Positions 26,020-37,392 of a stretch of 64,000 nucleotides of DNA are shown here, one piece after another. The number at the start of each line of letters is the position of its first letter. The stretch's first letter is position 1. The notes under the pieces were generated by a model that did no database searches, was not told the origin of the DNA, and saw only the letters and a program-made list of their open reading frames with translations. The position numbers were made by a program, and so were the translations under genes. The stretch is from assembly GCA_001643675.2 (NCBI GenBank), contig LSRY02000033.1:620001-684000 (forward strand), in the 5' to 3' direction. This DNA is from Monocercomonoides exilis PA203. Lineage: Eukaryota > Protista > Preaxostyla.

Positions 26020-26489
26020 AGAAACGAAAATTCCTATTTTATATCTTTTTGATGGCAGTGACAAAATTATCTTTTCCTTTGAGAAATCACACTTTCATTA
26101 AAGTCAGAAAAAAAAAATCTTTCTCAGCAGGAATAAGGTTTTAAAAAGTTAAAAATTCAAGTCAACACTTTCAATGAAATGGCTTGCAAGAAGAGAAAGG
26201 CATTCGTTGCTTTCTCATTGAGAAAAAAATTTTTTAAAAATTCACATCGAACAAAAGTCTGATTTTAACTTGAAATTACAAAATTCTTTTCAATGGATCG
26301 CGTGAAAGAAAGATTAGAAAAATAGCTTGCCTTTTGTTACATATTTTGAAAAACGTTTACACAAATTTGGATTACGAAATAATTAAAATAATTATCATTG
26401 TTTGAAAATTGAAAATAATATGGGGTGCAGGAATTTTTTATTTCCCCATTTTTAACTTCATCCACAATTGTTGTGAGTGCTCTATCAAT

Positions 26490-29400
26490 ATGAGATCTGC
26501 ACTCCATTTTGCTGCGTTGTTGTTACTTGTTGTTAACTGTTGTAATGACGAAGGCATTGCAGATAGGCAATATCATCAAAAATGGAACGAGGAGATGCAA
26601 AAAGGCAAGATCAACATTGAAAATGGAAAAAGAGAATACAACAATTATTTTTACAATTCATTGATGAAAGTTATAAAACCAGCTGACATTCACATTTACA
26701 GCATTCAAACAAGTCTAAATATCGTCAACAGCTCCTTGCGTGTGAGCCATCTCAACATCGTCCCCCTCAATGGTTACCCACTTCTCACTGCCAAATGCCA
26801 CTCAGCTGCCACCATCCTCTCCTCCATTTGCCAAGTCAATCCAGCAACAAAATCTCCACTTTTCCTCTCTGCCTATGCCTCTCTCACCCTCACAAACTTC
26901 TCACTCATCACCCCTCAGCCAGCCACCTTCTCATTCCCCCTCTTCTCCACCCCAAACAATCTCCTCCCAGATACCCACTCCTCAATCCCTGCCTCCTTCT
27001 CCATCTCCCACTCCTCTTTCTCCTCTTTCGTCTCCCTCGTCCAGCCCTTCCTTTTTTCTCCTTCTTCCCTCTCTTCCTCATCCCCTTCTCCATCTCCATC
27101 CCTTTCTCCTTCTCTTTCATCTTTCTCATCCTCATCCTCATCATCTTCTTTTTCTTCTCCTTCCCCCTCCCTTTCTCCTTCGATTTCCTCTTCCTCTTCC
27201 CCTTCCCCTCACCATATCCATCACCAATACCATCCCCACCTCCAAATCCACCTCAATCTCCATCTCTCAAACACCCTCTTCTCCAACATCTCCTCTCCCA
27301 AATCCCCTCTATCTCTTCCATCCCTTCTCTCACACTCACTCTATTCATTCATCTCAACCACTTCTTCACTGTCTTCCACTTCCACGACCATCAATAACGA
27401 TGTCAATGCAATCCCCTCCTTCTCTCCTCACTCCTCCCTCTCCATCCACTCAACCATCTTCCTCCACACTCACAACCCCATCGATGGTGCCATCCTCCCT
27501 TCCCTCAACAGCCCATCCACATCTCTCTCTGCCTTCAATGCCTCTTTTCTTCACCAAACACGTTCTTCACCAAATGCTCCTGTTGTACATGTTGGAACTG
27601 AAACAGAAAGAAAAACACCTGGAAGATTGACCACTTTTGACGAGAACAGCCATCTCTTTGAATGGTGCGAATGGGAAAATTCAAACAGCGGAAGTAGTGA
27701 TGGAGGAGCACTTTTTGTTATTCGCATAAATGCAAATCTCACAATCACAACATGCTCTTTTTTCAAATGTTCAACAACAAATAATGGTGGGGCAATGCGT
27801 TGCGATTACTTGTTTAAGTTGAACATAACAAAATCCAATTTTACAAATTGTTCAGCTGCTCATGGAGGAGCTAATTGCATAGCTCATACGCAATCAAATT
27901 CTGATTGGTCTTTTACAGAAAACAGAGTGGAAAACTGTAAAATAACAGATTGGTGTGGAACTGGTTGGTTTTTTGATATAGGAAATTTTCCAACAAACGG
28001 CCAATTACTGTTTTTCAAATGCAAGTGTATTTCAAATACTGGTGGCGATTCTGCTGGTTCATTAACGTTCAACCCTCCTCCAAGCAACGAGCCAAGTCAG
28101 TTTTCAGTCGATGAGTGTCAGTTCATAAATAACAAATTGACATCATCGTCAACTCGTGGAGGAGCTGGATTGTGTTGCACAAGAGCATATAATTGGATGA
28201 GCGGGTTTAAATTCATCACATTCTGCTTCTTCGATGGAAACGCAGCTACAAATGGCAGAGGGAATGATGTGTTCTTCAATGGCACAAATATCACCCAATC
28301 TCCGTTCAGTCAGTGTGGATCAACAACCTTTACGAAAAGAGTGTGGAATGCTGGAACTGCAGATAATGTTGAGTACAATGGCTGGCTTCCCCTGATCGCA
28401 CAGAACAAAATCGTTGCAAATAACGGATCAGATGTTGACTCTTGCGGCAATACACAGGAAAATCCATGCGCCACGATTGAGTATGCACTCAATGGATTTA
28501 TCCCGTTCCAAGACGCCTCTCTCACCCTCCTTTCCTCAACATTTATTCCCACCCAAACTCTCATCTTCATTTCCCCTAACACAAAAATCACAGGAAATGG
28601 CACAACTACCACCATCTCCTCCAGTGGCATTCCCCAACCACAAAACTCACATTCACAGTCATCACAATCAGCATCATCATTTTCTTCATTTTCATCCTTG
28701 TCATCGTCATCAACATCTTCTTCACCAGATCCATCTGCCTCGTCTGCCCTCTTCCAACAGACCCAGGGCTCCCTCACAGTCTCTGCCCTCGCCATCGCCC
28801 ACAACTCCACAAACACCATCACCCCCATCCTCTTCCACCTCTCCGATAACTCCCCGTTCCTCAATCTCAACACAACCACCATCGCTGGAACAACCTCATC
28901 TTCATCATCAATCACAACCCCCCTCTTCTTCCTCACTGCTGGCTCCCTCGCCCTCAACCACACAGCAATCACTCAACTCTCCCTCAACAGTCAAAGCATC
29001 TTCCACCTCACCTCCCTCACCGCTCCCCTCACACTCAACTCCTCCAACATCACCCACATCACCTCCACTGCCACTCCCAGAAGCTGTGTCCTCTCCTCTG
29101 CCACCTCCCCTGCCCTCTCCATCTCCCTCGCCAACTGCACCATGACCAACATCCACTCAGCTCCACAACATCAACAGATTGCCACCAATGGCGGGTGCAT
29201 CTCGTTCGCCTCATCTGTCCCTGCGAACTCCTTTTCGGTGAGTAACACCACCTTCTCCACCTGCTCTGTGAGCGAGGATACAAGTTCTGGAGGAAGAGGC
29301 GGTGCTCTCATGATCGAGTTCAACCAAGGCTCACAAGTGTCAGAATCCTCCTTTTCCATCACCAATATCGTGTTTTCAACAAATGAGGCCAGTGTAGGAA

Positions 29401-32400
29401 GAGATATGTATTTTGTTTGTGAATCATTTGTCGCTTCTGTGAAAGAGCCCTTGTTCGCCTTCATGAAAAGCATCACTCAGAAAGACAACTCGATTGTTGG
29501 ACATGACAGAACAGAAGCATTTGGCGATTGGAATGTCGATTTATTCATTTTTATTGAAGGATATACAGCTGAAAAGGTGTATATTGATGGAACATCTGGT
29601 GTTGAGGAGAAGTATTGTGGTTTGGAGAAAGCACCTTGTAAGAATGTGAATTATGGGATAGGACATTTGAAGAGAATACAGAACACAAAAGAAGAGATTA
29701 TTGTTATTTCAAATTCGTTGATGATTGGATGTGTAGATGTAAGTGGGGTATATGTGAAGGCAAATACTGAGACAATTGTGGTGATAGAATGCCAAAGGGA
29801 AGTGAGTGGCTCTGAAGAATGCATTCTGAAATCATCATCTTTGACAGAAATGATGTTCATTGGGATTGTTATTCCATCGAGTTTTAACAGAGCAATCACA
29901 TCAGTGATCGAATCGAGTACTCAAAATGGAGGGTTGCACATGAAGAGCTGTGAGATGTGTGTGGTTGGAGGAAATGAAAACACAATTGAATTTTTCTTGA
30001 TCAAATCGACAGGGAAGATGGTTGAACTGAACTCTGTCAAGATTTCAGAAGTAAAATCAGCAGTTTCGTTGTTTTCAATTTCGCTTTCCTCAGCAAATTT
30101 GAATGAACAGGAATACAAGGTGAAACTGTTGAATTGCACACTGGAAGGAATAGAGATTGATAGCACAACAGCAGTTGATGGAAAGGCAGCCGTATTTGGA
30201 GGGATAGTGGGAGTTGGAATGGTGATGAATGGAAGCAAGATAGAAGGGGCAATATCGGAGAAGAACAAAGAAGGAGGAGCACTGAAGATAGTGTTGAGTG
30301 AAGGAGGATACATTGCAATTCAAGAGAGTTCATTTACTGGATGTGTTTGTGAGAATGAGGGTGAAGGAGGAAAAGGAGGAGGGATATACCTGGATTGCTG
30401 TTCGAATGAAGGAGGATTTCAGCTTTCATCGATATCCTTTTCTGGATGTTTAGCAACAGTTGGGAAGAACATGTTTGTGAATAGCAGCAATCTGGTGAAC
30501 ACTGTGAATACAGAGCGTTTCGCATTTGATTGTTCAGATTACAAGGATGATGGTATTGCATTTGCTGGGAAAGATGAGATTTGTGGGGAATTGGATCTTC
30601 GAGTGTTTCTCGTTGAACTGAAGTGGGTGGAGGTGTCTGTATCGACTGGTGGGCATGACACATTGGGATGTGGAAATGAAATATTCCCATGTCAATCAAT
30701 GAAAAGTGGAATTGACCACATTGACGGAAGTGGAACAGAAGGAGAAAGGAAAGTGAAGGTTAAAGATGAAGGGACAATTGAAGATATTTATTCCTTCACA
30801 GATGCACTTGTGATTGATGGGTGTGTGAACGAGGGAGATGAAATTCAACACAAGCCTATTCATTTTGAAGAGGCAATCAATGGAGATTCTGCAACAAGTG
30901 TTATTTCATCAACTCAGCCACTCAGCTTGTTATCTTTGGAATTTCGAATCCCAATTCAATTTGTGCCGAACATGAATTCTTTGATCTCTTCGAGTGGGGT
31001 TCTTCAATTTGAAAACTGTACATTTGAGATCCAATCATCAACGACCATTCAATACTCATTGATAACCACAACCAGTGGAAGTTGCACATTGATAGGATGC
31101 AGTTTAATGGGACCTTCATTTGCCAAATCGCCATTAGTGATGGCTTCTTCTGTTTTGTTTGAAAACAACAACTTTTCGAATATTGTGAACACTGGAAGAG
31201 GTGAAGAAGGAGGTCTTGCAAGAGTGACATTAAAAAATGACGAAGATTTGATCATTAAATCAACAAATGCATCATCTTGTTCACTTTTATCAGGCAATGG
31301 AAAAGGAGGATTCTTGTATTTGGATTTTCAAAATTGTTTGAATGAGAAGCCATTTCTTTTTGATGCAGGAATAACTTTTGAGAACAACAAAGCAGCCGTT
31401 GGAAAGAATGCATTTATTTTGGGAAAGGATTTTAATACTTCTGTGACAAATGATTCGTTCAAGTTCGATTATTCCCCAATGAAGGATGATAAAACTTTGT
31501 TTGTTGGGAGCGATGATTTTCATCAAGAAAAGGATTTGTTCATGTTCCTCGTTCCATACATCTCATTTGAGATATTTATCTCATCGAATGGTTTTGATGT
31601 GAAACGTTGTGGAAGTGAAGAAGAGCCATGCAAAACGATGTGGAAAGGGATGAAAAACATGAAAGACGAAGAAGGAAATAAAACAATTCAGATAGAAGGA
31701 TCAACCATTATTCGAGATTCATTCAACATGTCCAATTATTTGATCAAAAAAGCTTCTTCAATGGGAGAAGAAGATACAAAAGCAACTTTGAATTTTGAAA
31801 AGGCAATTGGTAATCAACTGGAATATTTCATGGAAAATGATATTCATCTTGAATTGACAAATATCCAGCTCCAATTAACATCTGTATTTGACAACTCAGC
31901 CAAAACAATTATTTCAAACAAAGAAGGAGAATTGGTGATAACTGGATGTGCATTTCATTCAGAGGCAGAAGTGAATAGTGAATTTGATTGTGTGTTTGTG
32001 GATGCGATTGGAGGAAGTGTGGAAGTGAATGATTTGTCGATGGAATCATGCAATGTTGGAAACAGTATTTTTGTCATTCATGATTCTGGAATTACATGCC
32101 ATTTTGTGAATGTTCGAGTGGAATCGTTGAATGAAAGCAGAGGATGTCTTCTTCTGATCAAAGGAACTGAATTAACAACAAAGATAAATGAAGGAGGAGA
32201 GGAAATGAGTCTCAACATTGATAATTCGTCATTTTCAGGAGTGAAGAGAAGTGACAATGGAGCAAGCATTTTGGAGTCAAAGAGTGAGAATAAGATTTGT
32301 TTGGTTGTGAATTCGAGCAACATCACAGAAGACAAAGCAGAATCAAGTGAAAAAGGAGGGGCAATATTTTTCACATTAGGAAGGTCTGGATCAATGAAGA

Positions 32401-35400
32401 TGATTGACTCAACAATCAGCCATTGCAGTTGTAGTGGCTCCACAGGGAAAGGAGGAGGGGTGTATCTGGCAACAAAGGAAAGAGGAGAATTAAACTTCAC
32501 ATTTGTGGGAATGAAATTCAGTGCGAACACAGCAAAAGTGGGGAATGATATTTTCATTGAATGCTTCAACATCACATCTCAAATCAATGAAAGCCAATTC
32601 CAGTTTGATCTTCGAGAAGGACATTACAATCGTAGTAACGCGATATTTGGAAGAGATGAGTGCGATTATCCAAGCGATACAGATTTGATTTATTTTGTTT
32701 CTATCCATCAGAGTGACACAATCATTGTGAGCAGTTTGAGTGGATCGAACGAAAAACAGTGTGGGACAAACATTCTTCCTTGTTATTCAATTGATCATGG
32801 GCTGGAGCATCTGACTTCAGATTTCATGAGTGTAATGATTGTTGTTGAAAAGTGTGTGATTGAGGAAGAGATAAATCTGAAGGAAATGAGTTTGAGTTCG
32901 AAGAGCAGAGAGTTGTGCAAAGTTAAAGTTGAAACAGATATCGAAAGAGCAAAAGAGGCATTGGTATCAACAGCAGGAATCGTCTCATTGGCGAGAGTGG
33001 ACTTTGTATTTGAATCAAATTTCATTTCTTCACATGGATCGTTGATATCACCAGAGGGAGGAATTCTTGAAATGATGAATTGCTCATTCGCTTCAAAACA
33101 ATCTAATGAAGAAGGAATTGTGATTCTTACAAACATTCCATTTCATATTATTAATATAGAAAAGGGAGAATTACAACTTGATGGATGCACAATATCAAAT
33201 CTCATTCTTCATGAATCTGCATTATATCTTTCATCACCACTTCCATCAGTTATTGATTCTTTAACAATTTGCAATTCAACAGTTTCAAAATCTCTGATAG
33301 ATATTACCGAATGTGGTCAATTAACAATTAAGGATTTCAATGCAGAAAATATCACAGTCGAAGGAAATGAAGAAACATTGATATCTTGTTTGTCAATGAA
33401 AAAGACAATACAATTGACAAATTGCACAATGGGCGGATTAAGTTCAAAGATCACAAAAGGAAAATTGATGAAATTGGAGAATTGTTTGGATGTGAAAATA
33501 GACAGTTGTATTTTCAATGGAAGCTCAAAGGAAAGAAATGAAAAGAATTTGAATGAAGTGGAAGAGATGTGCAAATGGGAAGGTTCTCTTGTGGATGTTT
33601 TGAAGAGTTCTATTATTATGAAAGATACAACAATCTCAAATTCGCCAGATGGTGGAATAACAATGAATGAAGGAAATGTGACAATTGAGACGGGGTTATT
33701 TGAGAACAACAATCCATCGATTGAAGGATATCCATCATTGAGAAGGAATATCATCTGTTCAGATTCAGGAACATTGAATGTGATGAATTTGAAAGGAGGA
33801 GATGGACTGAAAGATAACTCATCTCTTTGGATGTTGAACAATGGGTGCAGTTTTGAAGGGATTGTTTCAGAAAGGGATTCATCGTTCTTCGTTCCTGTAT
33901 TGGAGAGTGTGGAAACAAAAGAAGAGATAGAAAGAATGAAGCTGATATTCAGAGGGTCGCTTCTTGTTTTATGCAATCTGTCATTCTCAGTTGTGAAGAG
34001 AAATGGAGAAGAGAAAGAGATTGAAAAACATGATTTTGATAGAAATGTATTTTTATCAGAAAGAGAAGTTGAAGGAAGTGTGAGAAAAGATCTTATCAGC
34101 AGTTGTGGAGATGATGTTGAGGTGAGTGTGTGCATTCTGTTTGGGAACTTAAATTCTCCTTCATCAACAAATTCAATCATTCTGAAGAATACAAGTATTT
34201 CTCCACCAAAAGATGATGAAAGGATTGCTGAAGGTGGAAAAGAAGGGAAATCTTATTGGTTGTTGATTGTTGTTGTGCTTGTGGTGATATTGTTGATTGT
34301 TTTCATTGGATTTATTTTGTTTGTTGTTCGATGGAAGAAGGTTAAGAATGAAGCAGAAGATCTGAGAGAGATTGTGAATGACAACATCAGAAAGGATCCA
34401 AAAGCGTTTGAGATGGTGACGATGGAGATGTCTCCAGAGGAGCAGTGGAGGAGAGCAGAAAGGGAGGCAGAGAAGAAGAATGATGAGAGGATTAAAAAAA
34501 GGGTGTATGCGAAAAGCTTGGCGCATTCAGAATCATCAGAGCATTTATTGAGTGAAAGTGGATCAACTGAATACATCTTGGGAAAAGACTCAGACAAGAT
34601 CCCAGAATGGATGCTGGAGAAGGTTGATGAGAAAGAGGAAGAGTCCGGAAAGAGATCGCCATCGCCTTCCATTTCATCCACTTCAACCACAGACACTTCA
34701 GACACTGAATCCACATTTGTTCGATCGGAAAGTTTGTGTCCAACCACCTCATCGATGTCGAATCTGGTGGATGCAATGGCCTGTTCATCGCCTTATGAAA
34801 AGCTGATTGTGGATCTGCGAGATTCTCTGTTCATGTTACTTCATGGGAGAAATGAGAAGAAGGAGCTGGCGATTGGCACATTGAATGAGAGAGAGGTGAC
34901 AGGAGCTCAGATCCTGTTCTGGGTGACGAATGGGGCTTTGCACTCGCTTGAAGATGAGGAAGACGAACTTCCCTCTTTGCGAGACCTGAGCCCGCACATT
35001 GTGCTTTTGTCAGAGCACATGGTGATCTGCATTGCGCTCCACTCTGACTGCACCTCTTCATCTGATGATTCAGATTCATCCTCAATCTCATCAACCACGA
35101 TTGTGACATCTGCAAGTGACGATGATAATGAGGAGGAGAAGGAGGATTCTCTACCCTCATCAGCGTTTGAAGATGAGGAGGAGAAGTGGAAGGAGTGTTT
35201 GAGGTGGAAGGCGCCAGAGCTGGTGATGAACAGGAAGATGGGAGCAACAGAGAAGTCGGTAGCATTCTCGATTGGGATGATGCTGTGGGAGTGTGTGACA
35301 CTCGAGATCCCATTTGAAGAATACGAAGGGGAAGTGGCAGGGCAGAAGATTGTTGATGGAAAGAAGCCGGATGAGATGGGAATTGAAGAGAGTATTGTGA

Positions 35401-35636
35401 AGAGAGTGGTGGATGAATGCCTGTCATCAGAGGCATCGAAAAGACCAACACTCACAGAAGTGAAGAAAGAGCTGGTAGGGATGTTTCCAGGTGGGACTTT
35501 TATTGTGACGATGACAGATGCAATCATGCTTGAGGAAAGCAGTGAAGAAAGCGAAGAAAACGGTAAGGACAAGAGAAGAGAAAAGGAAGAGAAATTTGAA
35601 GCGAATGAAATGAAATACATGTTTGACAAAGGATGA
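26490..35636 (+). CDS. Giant single-pass surface protein A (~3048 aa): Pmp-like beta-helix/Cys modules + TM + TKL-like pseudokinase C-lobe
   Basis: Intronless ORF. Signal peptide MRSALHFAALLLLVVNC; GGA(L/M/I) and FxxN motifs; five CG-x5-PC modules; TM YWLLIVVVLVVILLIVFIGFILFVVRWKK; tail RDLSPHIVLL...CLRWKAPEL...KSVAFSIGMMLWE...IPF...RPTL. Confidence 0.85.
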   Translation: MRSALHFAALLLLVVNCCNDEGIADRQYHQKWNEEMQKGKINIENGKREYNNYFYNSLMKVIKPADIHIYSIQTSLNIVNSSLRVSHLNIVPLNGYPLLTAKCHSAATILSSICQVNPATKSPLFLSAYASLTLTNFSLITPQPATFSFPLFSTPNNLLPDTHSSIPASFSISHSSFSSFVSLVQPFLFSPSSLSSSSPSPSPSLSPSLSSFSSSSSSSSFSSPSPSLSPSISSSSSPSPHHIHHQYHPHLQIHLNLHLSNTLFSNISSPKSPLSLPSLLSHSLYSFISTTSSLSSTSTTINNDVNAIPSFSPHSSLSIHSTIFLHTHNPIDGAILPSLNSPSTSLSAFNASFLHQTRSSPNAPVVHVGTETERKTPGRLTTFDENSHLFEWCEWENSNSGSSDGGALFVIRINANLTITTCSFFKCSTTNNGGAMRCDYLFKLNITKSNFTNCSAAHGGANCIAHTQSNSDWSFTENRVENCKITDWCGTGWFFDIGNFPTNGQLLFFKCKCISNTGGDSAGSLTFNPPPSNEPSQFSVDECQFINNKLTSSSTRGGAGLCCTRAYNWMSGFKFITFCFFDGNAATNGRGNDVFFNGTNITQSPFSQCGSTTFTKRVWNAGTADNVEYNGWLPLIAQNKIVANNGSDVDSCGNTQENPCATIEYALNGFIPFQDASLTLLSSTFIPTQTLIFISPNTKITGNGTTTTISSSGIPQPQNSHSQSSQSASSFSSFSSLSSSSTSSSPDPSASSALFQQTQGSLTVSALAIAHNSTNTITPILFHLSDNSPFLNLNTTTIAGTTSSSSSITTPLFFLTAGSLALNHTAITQLSLNSQSIFHLTSLTAPLTLNSSNITHITSTATPRSCVLSSATSPALSISLANCTMTNIHSAPQHQQIATNGGCISFASSVPANSFSVSNTTFSTCSVSEDTSSGGRGGALMIEFNQGSQVSESSFSITNIVFSTNEASVGRDMYFVCESFVASVKEPLFAFMKSITQKDNSIVGHDRTEAFGDWNVDLFIFIEGYTAEKVYIDGTSGVEEKYCGLEKAPCKNVNYGIGHLKRIQNTKEEIIVISNSLMIGCVDVSGVYVKANTETIVVIECQREVSGSEECILKSSSLTEMMFIGIVIPSSFNRAITSVIESSTQNGGLHMKSCEMCVVGGNENTIEFFLIKSTGKMVELNSVKISEVKSAVSLFSISLSSANLNEQEYKVKLLNCTLEGIEIDSTTAVDGKAAVFGGIVGVGMVMNGSKIEGAISEKNKEGGALKIVLSEGGYIAIQESSFTGCVCENEGEGGKGGGIYLDCCSNEGGFQLSSISFSGCLATVGKNMFVNSSNLVNTVNTERFAFDCSDYKDDGIAFAGKDEICGELDLRVFLVELKWVEVSVSTGGHDTLGCGNEIFPCQSMKSGIDHIDGSGTEGERKVKVKDEGTIEDIYSFTDALVIDGCVNEGDEIQHKPIHFEEAINGDSATSVISSTQPLSLLSLEFRIPIQFVPNMNSLISSSGVLQFENCTFEIQSSTTIQYSLITTTSGSCTLIGCSLMGPSFAKSPLVMASSVLFENNNFSNIVNTGRGEEGGLARVTLKNDEDLIIKSTNASSCSLLSGNGKGGFLYLDFQNCLNEKPFLFDAGITFENNKAAVGKNAFILGKDFNTSVTNDSFKFDYSPMKDDKTLFVGSDDFHQEKDLFMFLVPYISFEIFISSNGFDVKRCGSEEEPCKTMWKGMKNMKDEEGNKTIQIEGSTIIRDSFNMSNYLIKKASSMGEEDTKATLNFEKAIGNQLEYFMENDIHLELTNIQLQLTSVFDNSAKTIISNKEGELVITGCAFHSEAEVNSEFDCVFVDAIGGSVEVNDLSMESCNVGNSIFVIHDSGITCHFVNVRVESLNESRGCLLLIKGTELTTKINEGGEEMSLNIDNSSFSGVKRSDNGASILESKSENKICLVVNSSNITEDKAESSEKGGAIFFTLGRSGSMKMIDSTISHCSCSGSTGKGGGVYLATKERGELNFTFVGMKFSANTAKVGNDIFIECFNITSQINESQFQFDLREGHYNRSNAIFGRDECDYPSDTDLIYFVSIHQSDTIIVSSLSGSNEKQCGTNILPCYSIDHGLEHLTSDFMSVMIVVEKCVIEEEINLKEMSLSSKSRELCKVKVETDIERAKEALVSTAGIVSLARVDFVFESNFISSHGSLISPEGGILEMMNCSFASKQSNEEGIVILTNIPFHIINIEKGELQLDGCTISNLILHESALYLSSPLPSVIDSLTICNSTVSKSLIDITECGQLTIKDFNAENITVEGNEETLISCLSMKKTIQLTNCTMGGLSSKITKGKLMKLENCLDVKIDSCIFNGSSKERNEKNLNEVEEMCKWEGSLVDVLKSSIIMKDTTISNSPDGGITMNEGNVTIETGLFENNNPSIEGYPSLRRNIICSDSGTLNVMNLKGGDGLKDNSSLWMLNNGCSFEGIVSERDSSFFVPVLESVETKEEIERMKLIFRGSLLVLCNLSFSVVKRNGEEKEIEKHDFDRNVFLSEREVEGSVRKDLISSCGDDVEVSVCILFGNLNSPSSTNSIILKNTSISPPKDDERIAEGGKEGKSYWLLIVVVLVVILLIVFIGFILFVVRWKKVKNEAEDLREIVNDNIRKDPKAFEMVTMEMSPEEQWRRAEREAEKKNDERIKKRVYAKSLAHSESSEHLLSESGSTEYILGKDSDKIPEWMLEKVDEKEEESGKRSPSPSISSTSTTDTSDTESTFVRSESLCPTTSSMSNLVDAMACSSPYEKLIVDLRDSLFMLLHGRNEKKELAIGTLNEREVTGAQILFWVTNGALHSLEDEEDELPSLRDLSPHIVLLSEHMVICIALHSDCTSSSDDSDSSSISSTTIVTSASDDDNEEEKEDSLPSSAFEDEEEKWKECLRWKAPELVMNRKMGATEKSVAFSIGMMLWECVTLEIPFEEYEGEVAGQKIVDGKKPDEMGIEESIVKRVVDECLSSEASKRPTLTEVKKELVGMFPGGTFIVTMTDAIMLEESSEESEENGKDKRREKEEKFEANEMKYMFDKG

Positions 35637-36332
35637 GAGCTGAAAACAGAAGAAATGGTTTTGATTAAAGAAAATAAAGTGAGAAAGATAGTTGTTTCAA
35701 CATGTTTGCCTCAATTATGATCAATACTGAGATTTTCTTTGTTGGGTTTTGAGATGAGTACGAAGGCAAGTTGAAGATTGATGGTGATGAGAATTTTGAA
35801 ATGGAAGTGTTTTCAAGTGGGTGAAAGATAATTTTTTATAGATGACTTTTAAAGACTTTTTCAATATTTAATATGCAAATTTGATAAAGTTAAATTCAAC
35901 ATGAGAAAAGAATTAGGGAAATATTATTTTTATCTCGAAATGATAAATGTTAACGTTGGGTTGCATAATTTCGATACAAAAAAAACTTTCAAAATAAATA
36001 AATTAATTAATAAAAAATAAAAAAATGAAGAAAACAAGATTAAATACGGCAAATGTCACCTTTGGTTAATATGAATTTTTAAGTGTAAAGTCCAATTTTA
36101 TTCATCATGAAGTGTGAATATTTCAAATTTGCAAAGAATTGAAAAATGGAAAAGTGATTTTTAAACAATGAAATAAAAATAACTTTTTTTCAATTCCAGA
36201 TTTTGAACAATTTGAAAATATATTTATCAAAACACGAATAATCCAAATGATATAAAGAAAGAGTAAAGAAAGGAAAAGAAATAAAAGGCTTTTCTATGAG
36301 AAATCAAATTTATGTTTCTGATGATTATTTGC

Positions 36333-36373
<41 letters not shown>

Positions 36374-37392
36374 GTTATATGGTTTTTTCTTTTTGAAAAA
36401 TCGCTAATGTCAAATTTTCATGGAAATCAAAATTTTCACATTTTGCTCATATTTATGTTTCTTCTCACGAATCTTCTATGGAATGTCTGAAATAGCATTA
36501 TCCTGAAACAGATTCCATATTAGTGATGTTTGGTGAAAGTGAAAAAAAATTTGTGTAAAATAAGAAATATTTGATTTATAAGAAAATTAAATACTTGCGA
36601 CTTTTCAAAAAGAATAACAAATATACTGGAGACAAAGAACCCTAATAAATTTTATCGAAAGGATAACAGCCAAAATAAGAAATGATTTCATCGTGTTTTG
36701 CATAATTTATTGAGACTAAATCCGAACGTGATTAAACGTGATAATTCTCCACATGAAAAAAAGTTATTATGATAAAAAATGTGGTCAGTGGCAAAACTCG
36801 AAACATTTCTGTGACAAATTAATATTTCAAATGTGTATTCTATTTTCAAACAAATGGTTAAACAATCAATAAAGCAAACAATTGTAATTTTATTGGTGAG
36901 GTTTAAAAAAATCTTGCTAATCTCCAATTGATAATCATTTTTTATCACATTGATATTAATTCCATTAATCGAATGAAAAAAGCACAAAATAACCACCTCT
37001 TCAGTCCAAAAAGTTGTCACCAATAATGGCCTCCTCAGAATTCTGCAGATTATTAACAAAGGCTGAAAAAGTTTATTATCTATTGAAACAAGATGGAGTC
37101 AAACCTTCTGATTTCGTAAAAAAAGAATAATTACTCATTCATTGGTTCTCCGACACGTTGCTTCAATAAAATCATAAAGAGATCCTCACCATATGAACTG
37201 TCGAGAATTGTTTTACAAAGAAAAAAAAAAGAAATTGAGGATTATTCAAAAGCTCAAATATCTTCATCAAATAGAATAACTGTTTCAGACATCATCTGAT
37301 TCATGTGTCGTTGTTGTTTTGATAAATCAATCAATTTAATTTTCCACATGCAGAAAACGATATGATAAAAAAAGAAAGACAGCACGCCCACT

